Positions 37,401 to 49,225 of a DNA stretch of 64,000 nucleotides are shown piece by piece. Source of the stretch: Macrostomum lignano (taxonomy: Eukaryota). The stretch lies in NCBI GenBank assembly GCA_002269645.1, contig NIVC01000988.1, positions 186,001-250,000 of the forward strand. Reading direction: 5' to 3'. Positions within the stretch are counted from its first letter, which is position 1; every line of letters begins with the position of its first letter. The notes beneath the pieces were generated by a model. That model worked only from the letters and a program-made list of their open reading frames with translations, did no database searches and had not been told where the DNA came from. The position numbers and the translations under genes were made by a program.

Positions 37401-40400
37401 AGATTCGAAATCCCAAAGAATCCCATTCCGATATTTAGTTGAAGATTCGAAATCCCAAAGAATCCCATTCTGATATTTAGTTAAAGATTCGAAATCCCAA
37501 AGAATCCCATTCTGATATTTAGTTGAAGATTCGAAATCCCAAAGAATCCCATTCCGATATTTAGTTAAAGATTCGAAATCCCAAAGAATCCCATTCCGAT
37601 ATTTAGTTGAAGATTCGAAATCCCAAAGAATCCCATTCCGATATTTAGTTGAAGATTCGAAATCCCAAAGAATCCCATTCTGATATTTAGTTGAAGATTC
37701 GAAATCCCAAAGAATCCCATTCCGATATTTAGTTAAAGATTCGAAATCCCAAAGAATCCCATTCTGATATTTAGTTAAAGATTCGAAATCCCAAAGAATT
37801 CCATTCTGATATTTAGTTAAAGATTCGAAATCCCAAAGAATCCCATTCTGATATTTAGTTAAAGTCAAAGATTCGAAATCCCAAAGAATCCCATTCTGAT
37901 ATTTAGTTAAAGATTCGAAATCCCAAAGAATTCCATTCCGATATTTAGTTAAAGATTCGAAATCCCAAAGAATCCCATTCCGATATTTAGTTAAAGATTC
38001 GAAATCCCAAAGAATCCCATTCTGATATTTAGTTGAAGATTCGAAATCCCAAAGAATCCCATTCTGATATTTAGTTAAAGATTCGAAATCCAAAGAATTC
38101 CATTCCGATATTTAGTTAAAGATTCGAAATCCCAAAGAATCCCATTCTGATATTTAGTTGAAGATTCGAAATCCCAAAGAATCCCATTCTGATATTTAGT
38201 TGAAGATTCGAAATCCCAAAGAATTCCATTCTGATATTTAGTTAAAGATTCGAAATCCAAAGAATCCCATTCTGATATTTAGTTAAAGATTCGAAATCCC
38301 AAAGAATCCCATTCTGATATTTAGTTGAAGATTCGAAATCCCAAAGAATCCCATTCTGATATTTAGTTAAAGATTCGAAATCCCAAAGAATTCCATTCTG
38401 ATATTTAGTTAAAGATTCGAAATCCCAAAGAATCCCATTCTGATATTTAGTTGAAGATTCGAAATCCCAAAGAATCCCATTCTGATATTTAGTTAAAGAT
38501 TCGAAATCCCAAAGAATCCCATTCTGATATTTAGTTAAAGATTCGAAATCCCAAAGAATTCCATTCTGATATTTAGTTAAAGATTCGAAATCCCAAAGAA
38601 TCCCATTCTGATATTTAGTTAAAGATTCGAAATCCCAAAGAATCCCATTCTGATATTTAGTTAAAGATTCGAAATCCCAAAGAATCCCATTCTGATATTT
38701 AGTTAAAGATTCGAAATCCCAAAGAATTCCATTCTGATATTTAGTTAAAGATTCGAAATCCCAAAGAATCCCATTCTGATATTTAGTTAAAGATTCGAAA
38801 TCCCAAAGAATCCCATTCTGATATTTAGTTAAAGATTCGAAATCCCAAAGAATCCATTCCGATATTTAGTTAAAGATTCGAAATCCCAAAGAATCCCATT
38901 CTGATATTTAGTTAAAGATTCGAAATCCCAAAGAATCCCATTCTGATATTTAGTTAAAGATTCGAAATCCCAAAGAATCCCATTCCGATATTTAGTTAAA
39001 GATTCGAAATCCCAAAGAATCCCATTCGATATTTAGTTAAAGATTCGAAATCCCAAAGAATTCCATTCCGATATTTAGTTAAAGATTCGAAATCCCAAAG
39101 AATCCCATTCCGATATTTAGTTAAAGATTCGAAATCCCAAAGAATCCCATTCTGATATTTAGTTAAAGATTCGAAATCCCAAAGAATCCATTCCGATATT
39201 TAGTTAAAGATTCGAAATCCCAAAGAATCCCATTCCGATATTTAGTTAAAGATTCGAAATCCCAAAGAATCCCATTCTGATATTTAGTTAAAGATTCGAA
39301 ATCCCAAAGAATCCCATTCTGATATTTAGTTAAAGATTCGAAATCCCAAAGAATCCCATTCGATATTTAGTTAAAGATTCGAAATCCCAAAGAATCCCAT
39401 TCTGATATTTAGTTGAAGATTCGAAATCCCAAAGAATCCCATTCTGATATTTAGTTGAAGATTCGAAATCCCAAAGAATCCCATTCTGATATTTAGTTGA
39501 AGATTCGAAATCCCAAAGAATCCCATTCTGATATTTAGTTAAAGATTCGAAATCCCAAAGAATCCCATTCTGATATTTAGTTGAAGATTCGAAATCCCAA
39601 AGAATCCCATTCTGATATTTAGTTGAAGATTCGAAATCCCAAAGAATCCCATTCTGATATTTAGTTAAAGATTCGAAATCCCAAAGAATCCCATTCTGAT
39701 ATTTAGTTAAAGATTCGAAATCCCAAAGAATCCCATTCTGATATTTAGTTAAAGATTCGAAATCCCAAAGAATCCCATTCTGATATTTAGTTGAAGATTC
39801 GAAATCCCAAAGAATCCATTCTGATATTTAGTTAAAGATTCGAAATCCCAAAGAATCCCATTCTGATATTTAGTTAAAGATTCGAAATCCCAAAGAATCC
39901 CATTCTGATATTTAGTTAAGATTCGAAATCCCAAAGAATCCATTCTGATATTTAGTTAAAGATTCGAAATCCCAAAGAATCCCATTCTGATATTTAGTTA
40001 AAGATTCGAAATCCCAAAGAATCCCATTCTGATATTTAGTTAAAGATTCGAAATCCCAAAGAATCCCATTCTGATATTTAGTTAAAGATTCGAAATCCCA
40101 AAGAATCCCATTCTGATATTTAGTTAAAGATTCGAAATCCCAAAGAATCCCATTCTGATATTTAGTTAAAGATTCGAAATCCCAAAGAATCCCATTCTGA
40201 TATTTAGTTAAAGATTCGAAATCCCAAAGAATCCCATTCTGATATTTAGTTAAAGATTCGAAATCCCAAAGAATCCCATTCCGATATTTAGTTAAAGATT
40301 CGAAATCCCAAAGAATCCCATTCTGATATTTAGTTAAAGATTCGAAATCCCAAAGAATCCCATTCTGATATTTAGTTAAAGATTCGAAATCCCAAAGAAT

Positions 40401-42858
40401 CCCATTCCGATATTTAGTTAAAGATTCGAAATCCCAAAGAATCCCATTCCGATATTTAGTTGAAGATTCGAAATCCCAAAGAATCCCATTCTGATATTTA
40501 GTTGAAGATTCGAAATCCCAAAGAATCCCATTCTGATATTTAGTTAAAGATTCGAAATCCCAAAGAATTCCATTCCGATATTTAGTTAAAGATTCGAAAT
40601 CCCAAAGAATCCCATTCTGATATTTAGTTGAAGATTCGAAATCCCAAAGAATCCCATTCTGATATTTAGTTGAAAGATTCGAAATCCCAAAGAATCCATT
40701 CTGATATTTAGTTAAAGATTCGAAATCCCAAAGAATCCATTCTGATATTTAGTTAAAGATTCGAAATCCCAAAGAATCCCATTCTGATATTTAGTTGAGA
40801 TTCGAAATCCCAAAGAATCCCATTCTGATATTTAGTTAAAGATTCGAAATCCCAAAGAATCCATTCTGATATTTAGTTAAAGATTCGAAATCCCAAAGAA
40901 TCCCATTCTGATATTTAGTTAAAGATTCGAAATCCCAAAGAATCCATTCCGATATTTAGTTAAAGATTCGAAATCCCAAAGAATCCATTCTGATATTTAG
41001 TTGAAGATTCGAAATCCCAAAGAATTCCATTCTGATATTTAGTTAAAGATTCGAAATCCCAAAGAATTCCATTCCGATATTTAGTTAAAGATTCGAAATC
41101 CCAAAGAATCCCATTCTGATATTTAGTTGAAGATTCGAAATCCCAAAGAATCCATTCTGATATTTAGTTAAAGATTCGAAATCCCAAAGAATTCCATTCC
41201 GATATTTAGTTGAAGATTTGAAATCCCAAAGAATCCCATTCTGATATTTAGTTAAAGATTCGAAATCCCAAAGAATCCCATTCTGATATTTAGTTAAAGA
41301 TTCGAAATCCCAAAGAATCGCATCTGAGTTTTCAGAACTCGATTCTCAAGATATTCTATTAGATATTAAGTATTCGAATTCCAAATTCGAAATCCCATCC
41401 TCCCAGTGACTAAATACAAGATTCGAATCCCGCTTAAGTCCCCGCGCTTCACTAATCCGCCAGGTATCCGACCCGATCTGCAGCGTGCTGATCACGGACG
41501 GCCCCGAGCCCATACGCGACTTGGACGGTCGCCCAGTGAGCAGCGTGGAGCTACCCGTGCTCACTGTGCCCCGCGAGATCCCCACAAATGCGTTGCCAAC
41601 GGCATCCGCTATTTCGCCTCGCCAGTTCACCGTCTGCGTGCCGCCACTGTTCGGCTCGCCGTCCGATAGGAAACTACTTGATTTCGTTGAGATGAGTCGA
41701 GCTTTAGGCGCCGAGCATTTTGTATTTTATCTGACTGACGAAATCTATTCGAATAATGGAGTTCTGTTGAAATTGTTGACATCATATGCTAGCAGAGGCT
41801 TAGCAACTCTGTTCCATTGGAAGCCGGTGAACGAGTTCAGATCTCAGATACACTACCACGGTCAGGTACTGGCTGTGCATCACTGCCTGTACTGGAATAT
41901 GGGGCTGTCCAAATATGCCGTGTTTCAAGATTTCGATGAACTTCTGGTGCCTAATTCGGCTAAATACAAGTCTTGGACTGACCTGGCTAAGGACATTGAT
42001 GATGGCACTCATTGCGGATTCAGGTTAGTTAGGGATCATTCTCCCTAAATGAGTCTTTGGGAATAATTCTCCCAAAATGAGTATTTGGGAATAATTCTCC
42101 CAAAATGAGTATTTGGGTATTATTCTCTCAAAATGAGCATTTGAGGATCATTCTCCTAAAATAAGTATTTAGGGATTATTCTCTTAAAATACGTATTTGG
42201 GGATCATTATCTCAAAATGAGCATTTGGGGATCATTCTCCCAAAATGAGTATTTGGGAATTATTTCCCCAAAATGAGTATTTGAAGATTATTCTCCCTAA
42301 ATTAGTATTTGGGCATTATTTCTCCCTAAATGAGTTTTTTGGGGATTATTCTCTCTAAGTGAGTTTTTGGGGATTATTCTCCCTAAATTAGTATTTGGGC
42401 ATTATTCTCCCTAAATGAGTATTTGGGGATTATTCTCCCCAAATGAGTAGCCCGAGTTTTACTAAATTTCATATTTAATAATAATAATTAGCATTACGTA
42501 ATGCTGCTTCCCCAGATTCTTCAGCGCATTCTTCGAGCCGGACCAAAGCTATTTCGACGCGAAGCGCACAGCCGGTGTTAGCCGGGTTCGCACCAAATGC
42601 ATGGTTAAGCCAGACTTAATCTTTGAAATGGGTATTCATCATATTAGCAAGCAGAATATTGAAGAGATGACGCCGGAAAACAAAGAACCAGATGTTGCTC
42701 TGTTGCATCACTACAGTCGGTGCACAATGGCGTTTGACAATGGCGCTGGCGATCTGTGCTCAAAGTACATTGCCGACACGGAGTTGCACTTTTGGCGTAA
42801 ACAATTTGAAAAATTGAAATTGGAGACTGTTCACGCTTTGAACTCTAGCAGTCGGTGA
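31462..42858 (+). CDS. Glycosyltransferase family 92 (DUF23; GALT-1-like) type II membrane protein; exons 31462-31637, 32874-33234, 41464-42023, 42516-42858
   Basis: N-terminal signal anchor GLIAVAIIYFILAFMCLMYL; VMSAYYD; FTVCVPPLF; YHGQVLAVHHCLY; AVFQDFDE (DxD-type motif); KCMVKP..MGIHH; ALLHHY. Intron phases 2,0,2 match. Confidence 0.85.
31862..32595. repeat. 30-bp minisatellite (gacatctcagctattcccccagtaagcctt) in GT92 intron 1
   Basis: Direct tandem repeat. Confidence 0.93.
32597..32805 (+). mobile_element. Diverged member of the same SINE family, opposite orientation, head mostly lost
   Basis: gtgcggccacattcatctggga and gaaggccagcccacaaggcactgagactgtacatgcctgacgataag...ccctgtgtgagcgtgtg align with the minus strand of 2289-2648. 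Confidence 0.65.
33455..41320. repeat. 42-bp satellite (gatatttagttaaagattcgaaatcccaaagaatcccattct), ~7.9 kb, ~185 copies, within GT92 intron 2
   Basis: Highly homogeneous tandem array; the source of the DFESLTKYQNGILW ORFs. Confidence 0.98.
42030..42450. repeat. ~28-30-bp minisatellite (ggattattctccctaaatgagtatttgg) in GT92 intron 3
   Basis: Direct degenerate repeat beginning just after the donor. Confidence 0.9.
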
Positions 42859-42884
42859 TTTCTGACAGAGTGGGGTTGGTTAGG

Positions 42885-43160
42885 AGTGAGGGGCAGCAGT
42901 CACGCCCGGGGAGTGGGGTGGGTGTCGGTCTGGGGTGAGGGGGCAGCAGTAACGCCCGGGGAGTGGGGTGGGTGTCAGTTTGGGGTGAGGAGGCAGCAGT
43001 GACGCCCGGGGAGTGGGGTGGGTGTCAGTTTGGGGTGAGGGGGCAGCAGCGGACGCCCCGGGGAGTGGGGTGGGTGTCGGTTTGGGGTGAGGGGCAGCAG
43101 TGACGCCCAAGGTAGTAAAGTGGGTGTCGGTTTTGGGTGCCCAGGGAGTGGGGTGGGTGT
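42885..43160. repeat. 50-bp G-rich minisatellite just downstream of the GT92 stop
   Basis: ggggagtggggtgggtgtcagtttggggtgagggggcagcagtgacgccc, ~5 copies. Confidence 0.92.
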
Positions 43161-43913
43161 TTTATAGAGAGAATCTAATAGAGAAAGAATTAATTGATCA
43201 ATAACTTGACCCAAAGATGCTTTCAGTATTATTGTTTGTTAAATATTATTGCTATTGAAAAATTACTATAATCTTCCTGTGCATATATAGTCATAATTCG
43301 TTAATTACTTAAAGTTGCCTGCAGTGTACATGAATTATTTCAATAATTACTGCTTAGAATTTTCGTCCATGTATGTCATTTTGTGACACGCCTCTGTTTC
43401 TGCTGGTTTTTATAAGTGCAAGAAGAGCCATCCACATTGATCCGTCATTAATTTAAAAAAAAATTTATTTCTAAACTTTTTAATTTATAATCATATGCCC
43501 TAGTTGTACTGTGCCATTTATATTTGCTTATGCAGTTCTTAAAACTATAAAGAGACAATTTGCCCCAACAATTGAAAAGTCTCTAAGTTGGCAGTTTTAT
43601 TCACCTGTTATGGCTTTTTTATTTTTAAGCTTCTTTAATGTGGTATACGGCACTGAACTCCTAAAGGCATGCTTGTTTAGACCATGACTATTTATGTTTT
43701 TGAATATGTTTACCAGCTGCAGTCAGTTCGTTCGCCTGTAAATTCTGTGCATAAGCGACTGTCGATCTTTGCAAGAATTCCTTTATGTATGAGTATGTTA
43801 TTGCTCATGTGTTATAGACAATGATATAAAATATTCCGAAAGTGGGTAACTGTGTTTATTTATTTGGCTTGATTTACTTTGCGTAGGTTTATCGAATAGA
43901 GCTTGTGAGGTTG

Positions 43914-43914
<1 letters not shown>

Positions 43915-43978
<64 letters not shown>

Positions 43979-44005
43979 TTCTTAGTGTCTGTCTGTCTGT
44001 CTGCC

Positions 44006-44058
<53 letters not shown>

Positions 44059-44075
44059 TTCTTAGTGTCTGTCTT

Positions 44076-44142
<67 letters not shown>

Positions 44143-44241
44143 TTCTTAGTGTCTGTCTGTCTGTCTGCCTGTCTGTCTGTCTGTCTGTCTGTCTGTCTTT
44201 CTTAGTGTCTGTCTTTCTGTCTGTCTGTCTGTCTGTCTTAG

Positions 44242-44314
<73 letters not shown>

Positions 44315-44381
44315 TTCTTAGTGTCTGTCTTTCTGTCTGTCTGTCTGTCTTAGTGTCTGTCTGTCTGTCTGTCTGTCTTAG

Positions 44382-44454
<73 letters not shown>

Positions 44455-44471
44455 TTCTTAGTGTCTGTCTT

Positions 44472-44502
<31 letters not shown>

Positions 44503-44505
44503 TAG

Positions 44506-44542
<37 letters not shown>

Positions 44543-44589
44543 TTCTTAGTGTCTGTCTTTCTGTCTGTCTGTCTGTCTGTCTGTCTTAG

Positions 44590-44634
<45 letters not shown>

Positions 44635-44651
44635 TTCTTAGTGTCTGTCTT

Positions 44652-44706
<55 letters not shown>

Positions 44707-44730
44707 TTCTGTCTGTCTGTCTTAGTGTCT
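43915..44730. repeat. (CTGT)n microsatellite, ~800 bp, punctuated by ttcttagtgt
   Basis: Direct repeat ending just before the AKTIP ATG. Confidence 0.97.
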
Positions 44731-44740
44731 ATCAGAAGTC

Positions 44741-47206
44741 ATGTCTAATTTAGTGCAAAACAAAGAGCAGAAATCAGCAGACACCAGCACAGAGCCAAGT
44801 GGACAGCAGCATTCGTCACACTCACTTGCTGTGAACCACAATACAGAAGCTGCAATGTCTACGTCGGCAACAGCAGTAGCAGCTGCTCCAACGAACCTTC
44901 AGCCTGAGCAGCAGCAGCAGCAGCAGCTGCCTGACCCCATTCTCCTTGCCTACTCGATGCGGCAGGAGTACGCGGCTGCTCTGTACCACCCTGTGCCAGG
45001 CCTGTACCCTCTGCCCTCGGCTGTTGACCCCCGCCTCTGGTACGGCTGCCTCTTCATGCGCCACGGCCCCTACAGGGGTCATTTGGTGCGATTTTGTCTC
45101 CGCGTGCCAGCCGACTACCCATTGCCCGGCAGCGCGTGTCCTCAGCTGACTCTGGCGCCGCCAGCCGCGCCGTTTCATCCGCGCGTAGCGCCCGACACCG
45201 GGCTGGTGGAGTTGAAGGGCTTCGCTGAGAATTGGCGACCCGGGGTGCACCGGCTGTGGCAGATTCTGCATCACCTTCGGCGGCTGCTGGCTCGGGTTGA
45301 GGTGTCGTGCAGCTCCACTGAGCCTGCCGACATTGATGAGGCAGTTGCTAAAGGCCAGTTTGCTAATCCAGAGGCTGCGAGGTTGGTTGCCTACCACCGA
45401 TTTTTTTTATTATTGGGCTCATTCCCCAGCCACCAAGATCCTGATTTGCTGGGCCAGCCTCCCAGATTCTCAGTTGCTGGGCCAGCCTCCCAGATCCTCA
45501 GTTGCTGGGCCAGCCTCCCATTTACTCAGTTTTTGGGCCAGCCTCCCAGATCCTCAGTTGCTGGGCCAGCCTCCCAGATCCTCAGTTGCTGGGCCAGCCT
45601 CCCAGATCCTCAGTTGCTGGGCCAGCCTCCCAGATCCTCAGTTGCTGGGCCAGTCTCCCAGATCCTCAGTTGCTGGGCCAGCCTCCCAGATCCTCAGTTG
45701 CTGGGCCAGCCTCCCAGATCCTCAGTTGCTGGGCCAGCCTCAAGTTCGGCTGCAGTTTTAAAAAAGTACATTGCGTAATTTTGTTTCGCCAGCTTTTTTC
45801 CAGGGCTCTTCATTTTGCCGTCACCTTCAAGTAATTTCCGCCTCAATTCGTAACTCGTTACGTTTTTGTTTCCGGGTGCTTTCGCTCCTGTCACATTCTC
45901 ATGTTCTATAGTTTCCGCTGCCCTTCGTGCAACTGCTTTATCTGCTTTCAACTTTATGTACAAGGTGGCAATCCGTATGTAGCTTTTTTCTCTTTTACTT
46001 TAGCCAATAGTTAACAGCAACATTTAAGCTGCAAATAAGAGCATTTATCATACTGATCTTACAAGCTCAATACGTTACAATTGGTGTACGCTCGTAGCCC
46101 CACCACTTTGATTAAATACGAAGCGTATTCTCTTGAGAAACGCTGTTTTAGAGCGAAAGGGTTTGATTGTAACTGTGAGCTGGGCTTGCGCGATTAAAAC
46201 TGTTCAGTGATGCGATCACAACGTAGCCACACGCAATGCTTTCATGCCAGTCACCATCACCACACGTTGTGTATTAAAATGAGGTCTCCTTGCACCAGCC
46301 TCCCAGTTCCTCAGTTGCTAAGCCACCAGCCTCCCAGATCCTCAGTTGCTAAGCCACCAGCCTCCCAGATCTTCAGTTGCTAAGCCACCAGCCTCCCAGA
46401 TCCTCAGTTGCTAAGCCAGCCTCCCAGTTCCTCAGTTGCTAAGCCAGCCTCCCAGTTCCTCAGTTGCTAAGCCAGCCTCCCAGTTCCTCAGTTGCTAAGC
46501 CAGCCTCCCAGTTCCTCAGTTGCTGGGCCACCAGCCTCCCAGATCCTCAGTTGCTAAGCCAGCCTCCCAGTTCCTCAGTTGCTAAGCCAGCCTCCCAGAT
46601 CCTCAGTTTCTGGGCCACCAGCCTCCCAGTTCCTCAGTTGCTAAGCCAGCCTCCCAGTTCCTCAGTTGCTAAGCCAGCCTCCCAGTTCCTCAGTTGCTAA
46701 GCCAGCCTCCCAGATCCTCAGTTGCTGAGCCAACCTCCCAGATCCTCAGCTGCTAAGCCAGCCTCCCAGATCCTCAGTTGCTGGGCTTCCGCCCAACCCC
46801 ACGCCTAATGTACACTCATTCTCCACTGCCTGCAACCTCACCCCAACTCAGGCTGTACTTGTCAGACCGTGAAGCGTTCCGTCATCGTCTGGAATCAGAC
46901 GCCGCGGCTTCGTTACAGCCAGCAACTGACGGCTCCGGCGCGGTGGACATCGACTGTGCTGGCGGCATCGGCGAGCTGGACCCCTCAGCCAGGCTTTGGC
47001 AGCTCGCCGCGGCCGAGAATGCCCTGACAGACGAGGGCGACGAGTTTCTGGAGTTGCGCTCGGCGATGTTCGAGGAGGCTGGTAGCAGGGAGCTCGCAGA
47101 TGCCTGGTCTGTGGGTCTGTGGCACCTGGGCAGGCGGCCTCTGCCCCGAGTGCCCAGCTGGATGGATCCGGGATCTATGCGGATTCTGAGCGGGGATTAT
47201 CAGTGA
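44741..47206 (+). CDS. AKTIP: AKT-interacting protein / FTS / crossbronx (catalytically inactive E2 variant); exons 44741-45381, 46852-47206
   Basis: PGLYPLPS..LWYGCLFMRHGPYRGHLVRF..PADYP..FHPRVAPDTG..W..HRLWQIL..NPEAAR|LY matches AKTIP motifs. Phase-2 intron GCGAG|gttggt...ctcag|G. Confidence 0.85.
45440..45740. repeat. 28-bp minisatellite (gctgggccagcctcccagatcctcagtt) in the AKTIP intron
   Basis: Direct tandem repeat. Confidence 0.93.
46295..46790. repeat. Second block of the 28-bp family (gctaagcc variant) in the AKTIP intron
   Basis: Direct tandem repeat. Confidence 0.93.
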
Positions 47207-48055
47207 CTGCTGCATCAGTGGCGTGAATGCAGATTATCTGTGACTGCTGCATCAGTGGCGTGAATGCAGATTATCTGTGACTGCTGCATCAGTGGCGTGA
47301 ATGCGGATTATCAGTGACTGCTGAATCAGTGGCGTGAATGCGGATGATCAGTGACTGCTGCATCAGTGGCGTGAATGCGGATGATCAGTGGCGTGAATGC
47401 AGATTATCAGTAGCGTGAATGCGGATGATCAGTGACTGCTGAATCAGTGGCGTGAATGCAGATTATCAGTGGCGTGAATGCGGATGATCAGTGACTGCTG
47501 AATCAGTGGCGTGAATGCAGATTATCAGTGGCGTGAATTCGGATGATCAGTGACTGCTGAATCAGTGGCGTGAATGCAGATTATCAGTGACTGCTGAATC
47601 AGTGGTGTGAATGCAGATTATCAGTGGCGTGAATGCGGATGATCAGTGACTGCTGAATCAGTGGCGTGAATGCAGATTATCAGTGGCGTGAATGCGGATG
47701 ATCAGTGACTGCTGAATCAGTGGCGTGAATGCAGATTATCAGTGACTGCTGAATCAGTGGCGTGAATGCAGATTATCAGTGGCGTGAATGCGGATGATCA
47801 GTGACTGCTGAATCAGTGGCGTGAATGCAGATTATCAGTGACTGCTGAATCAGTGGCGTGAATGCAGATTATCAGTGACTGCTGAATCAGTGGCGTGAAT
47901 GCAGATTATCAGTGACTGCTGAATCAGTGGCGTGAATGCAGATTATCAGTGACTGCTGAATCAGTGGCGTGAATGCAGATTATCAGTGACTGCTGAATCA
48001 GTGGCGTGAATGCAGATTATCAGTGGCGTGAATGCAGATTATTAGTGACTGCTTT
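47195..48055. repeat. 37-bp minisatellite beginning within the AKTIP last codons and stop
   Basis: gattatcagtgactgctgaatcagtggcgtgaatgca unit. Confidence 0.95.
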
Positions 48056-48689
48056 AACATCCAAATAGAAATTGCTTCTGTAAAGCAGACACAAGCCTCT
48101 TGCTTCCGTCCTTATTGCTCATCAAAACGATTGGAAAACATTTTTGTTAATTTAATTTAATCCGCTTTAAGCTTTTCCATCAGTTTTGTTGCAGGCAAGC
48201 GATAATCCTAGAGATTATTCTTCATCCAGCTAATAGCCTTTTTTGGTTCCTAATCCCGAATCTCAACTGATTTGGCAGAGACTTATTGTACATTTAATTA
48301 ATGTCTCTAAATCGGTGTTATTGGGTTTTTCAGTTTTTTTTTGCTGAACAGCTGACAATGATATTAGTTTTTTCTATGTGATTGGTTATAGGTACATTAT
48401 CTGCAATCTGTGAGTTTTTGATATTTTGTCTTGACATACATTTTTTGTTTTACTATATCGAAGAATAATAATCTCTTGATAATATAATGCACTTATTTGT
48501 ATAAATTAGAGATATTATTCTTGTTGTTATTATTATTACTTTACTAACCTTTGTTATCATAATGATTATTTAAATGCTTTTATGAATAAAAGTTTGCACT
48601 ATTAAAATAGATCGAGTAATTATACTTTCTTTATTCACATCAAGTTTTGCTTTTTAATAATTTAACAAAAAAACTCACCAACATCACTT

Positions 48690-49125
48690 AAAGTACGCAG
48701 GCTACTAATAAACCCCAACTATAGTACACAGGCTACTAATACACCCCAACAAAAGTACACAGGCTACTGTTATCCCCAGCTAAAGTACACAGGCTACTGA
48801 TAGACCCCAACTAAAGTACACAGGCTACTGATAAACCGCAACTAAAGTACACAGGCTACTGATAAACCCCAACTAAAGTACACAGGCTACTGTTATCCCC
48901 AACTAAAGTACACAGGCTACTGTTATCCCCAACTAAAGTACACAGGCTACTGATAAACCCCAACTAAAGTACACAGGCTACTGATAAACATCACCAAAAG
49001 TACACAGGCTACTAATAAATCCCACCTAAAGTACACAGGCTACGGATTAATCCCACCAGTAGCACTTAAAGTACACAAGCTACTGATAAACCCCATTAGC
49101 AACTCTAAGTACAAATGCTAATGAA
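48690..49125. repeat. 31-bp minisatellite (aaagtacacaggctactgataaaccccaact)
   Basis: Direct tandem repeat. Confidence 0.92.
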
Positions 49126-49225
49126 AACCCTCACAAGCACCCCTTAAAGTACAGTCTTTGAGCCCTTTTTTTCCTAATTTCAGTGAGTTTTGGAATAAAA
49201 AAATATTTACGCGACGATAAAAGTT

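Noticed and set aside
33425-39943. Long minus-strand ORFs of (DFESLTKYQNGILW)n, up to 366 aa
   Set aside because: They are translations of the 42-bp intronic satellite, broken by random single-base indels, with no start or splice context
48301-48392. Candidate signal-peptide exon for the DGCR2-like gene (hydrophobic, phase-1 donor ATAG|gtac)
   Set aside because: It contains an in-frame TGA before the donor
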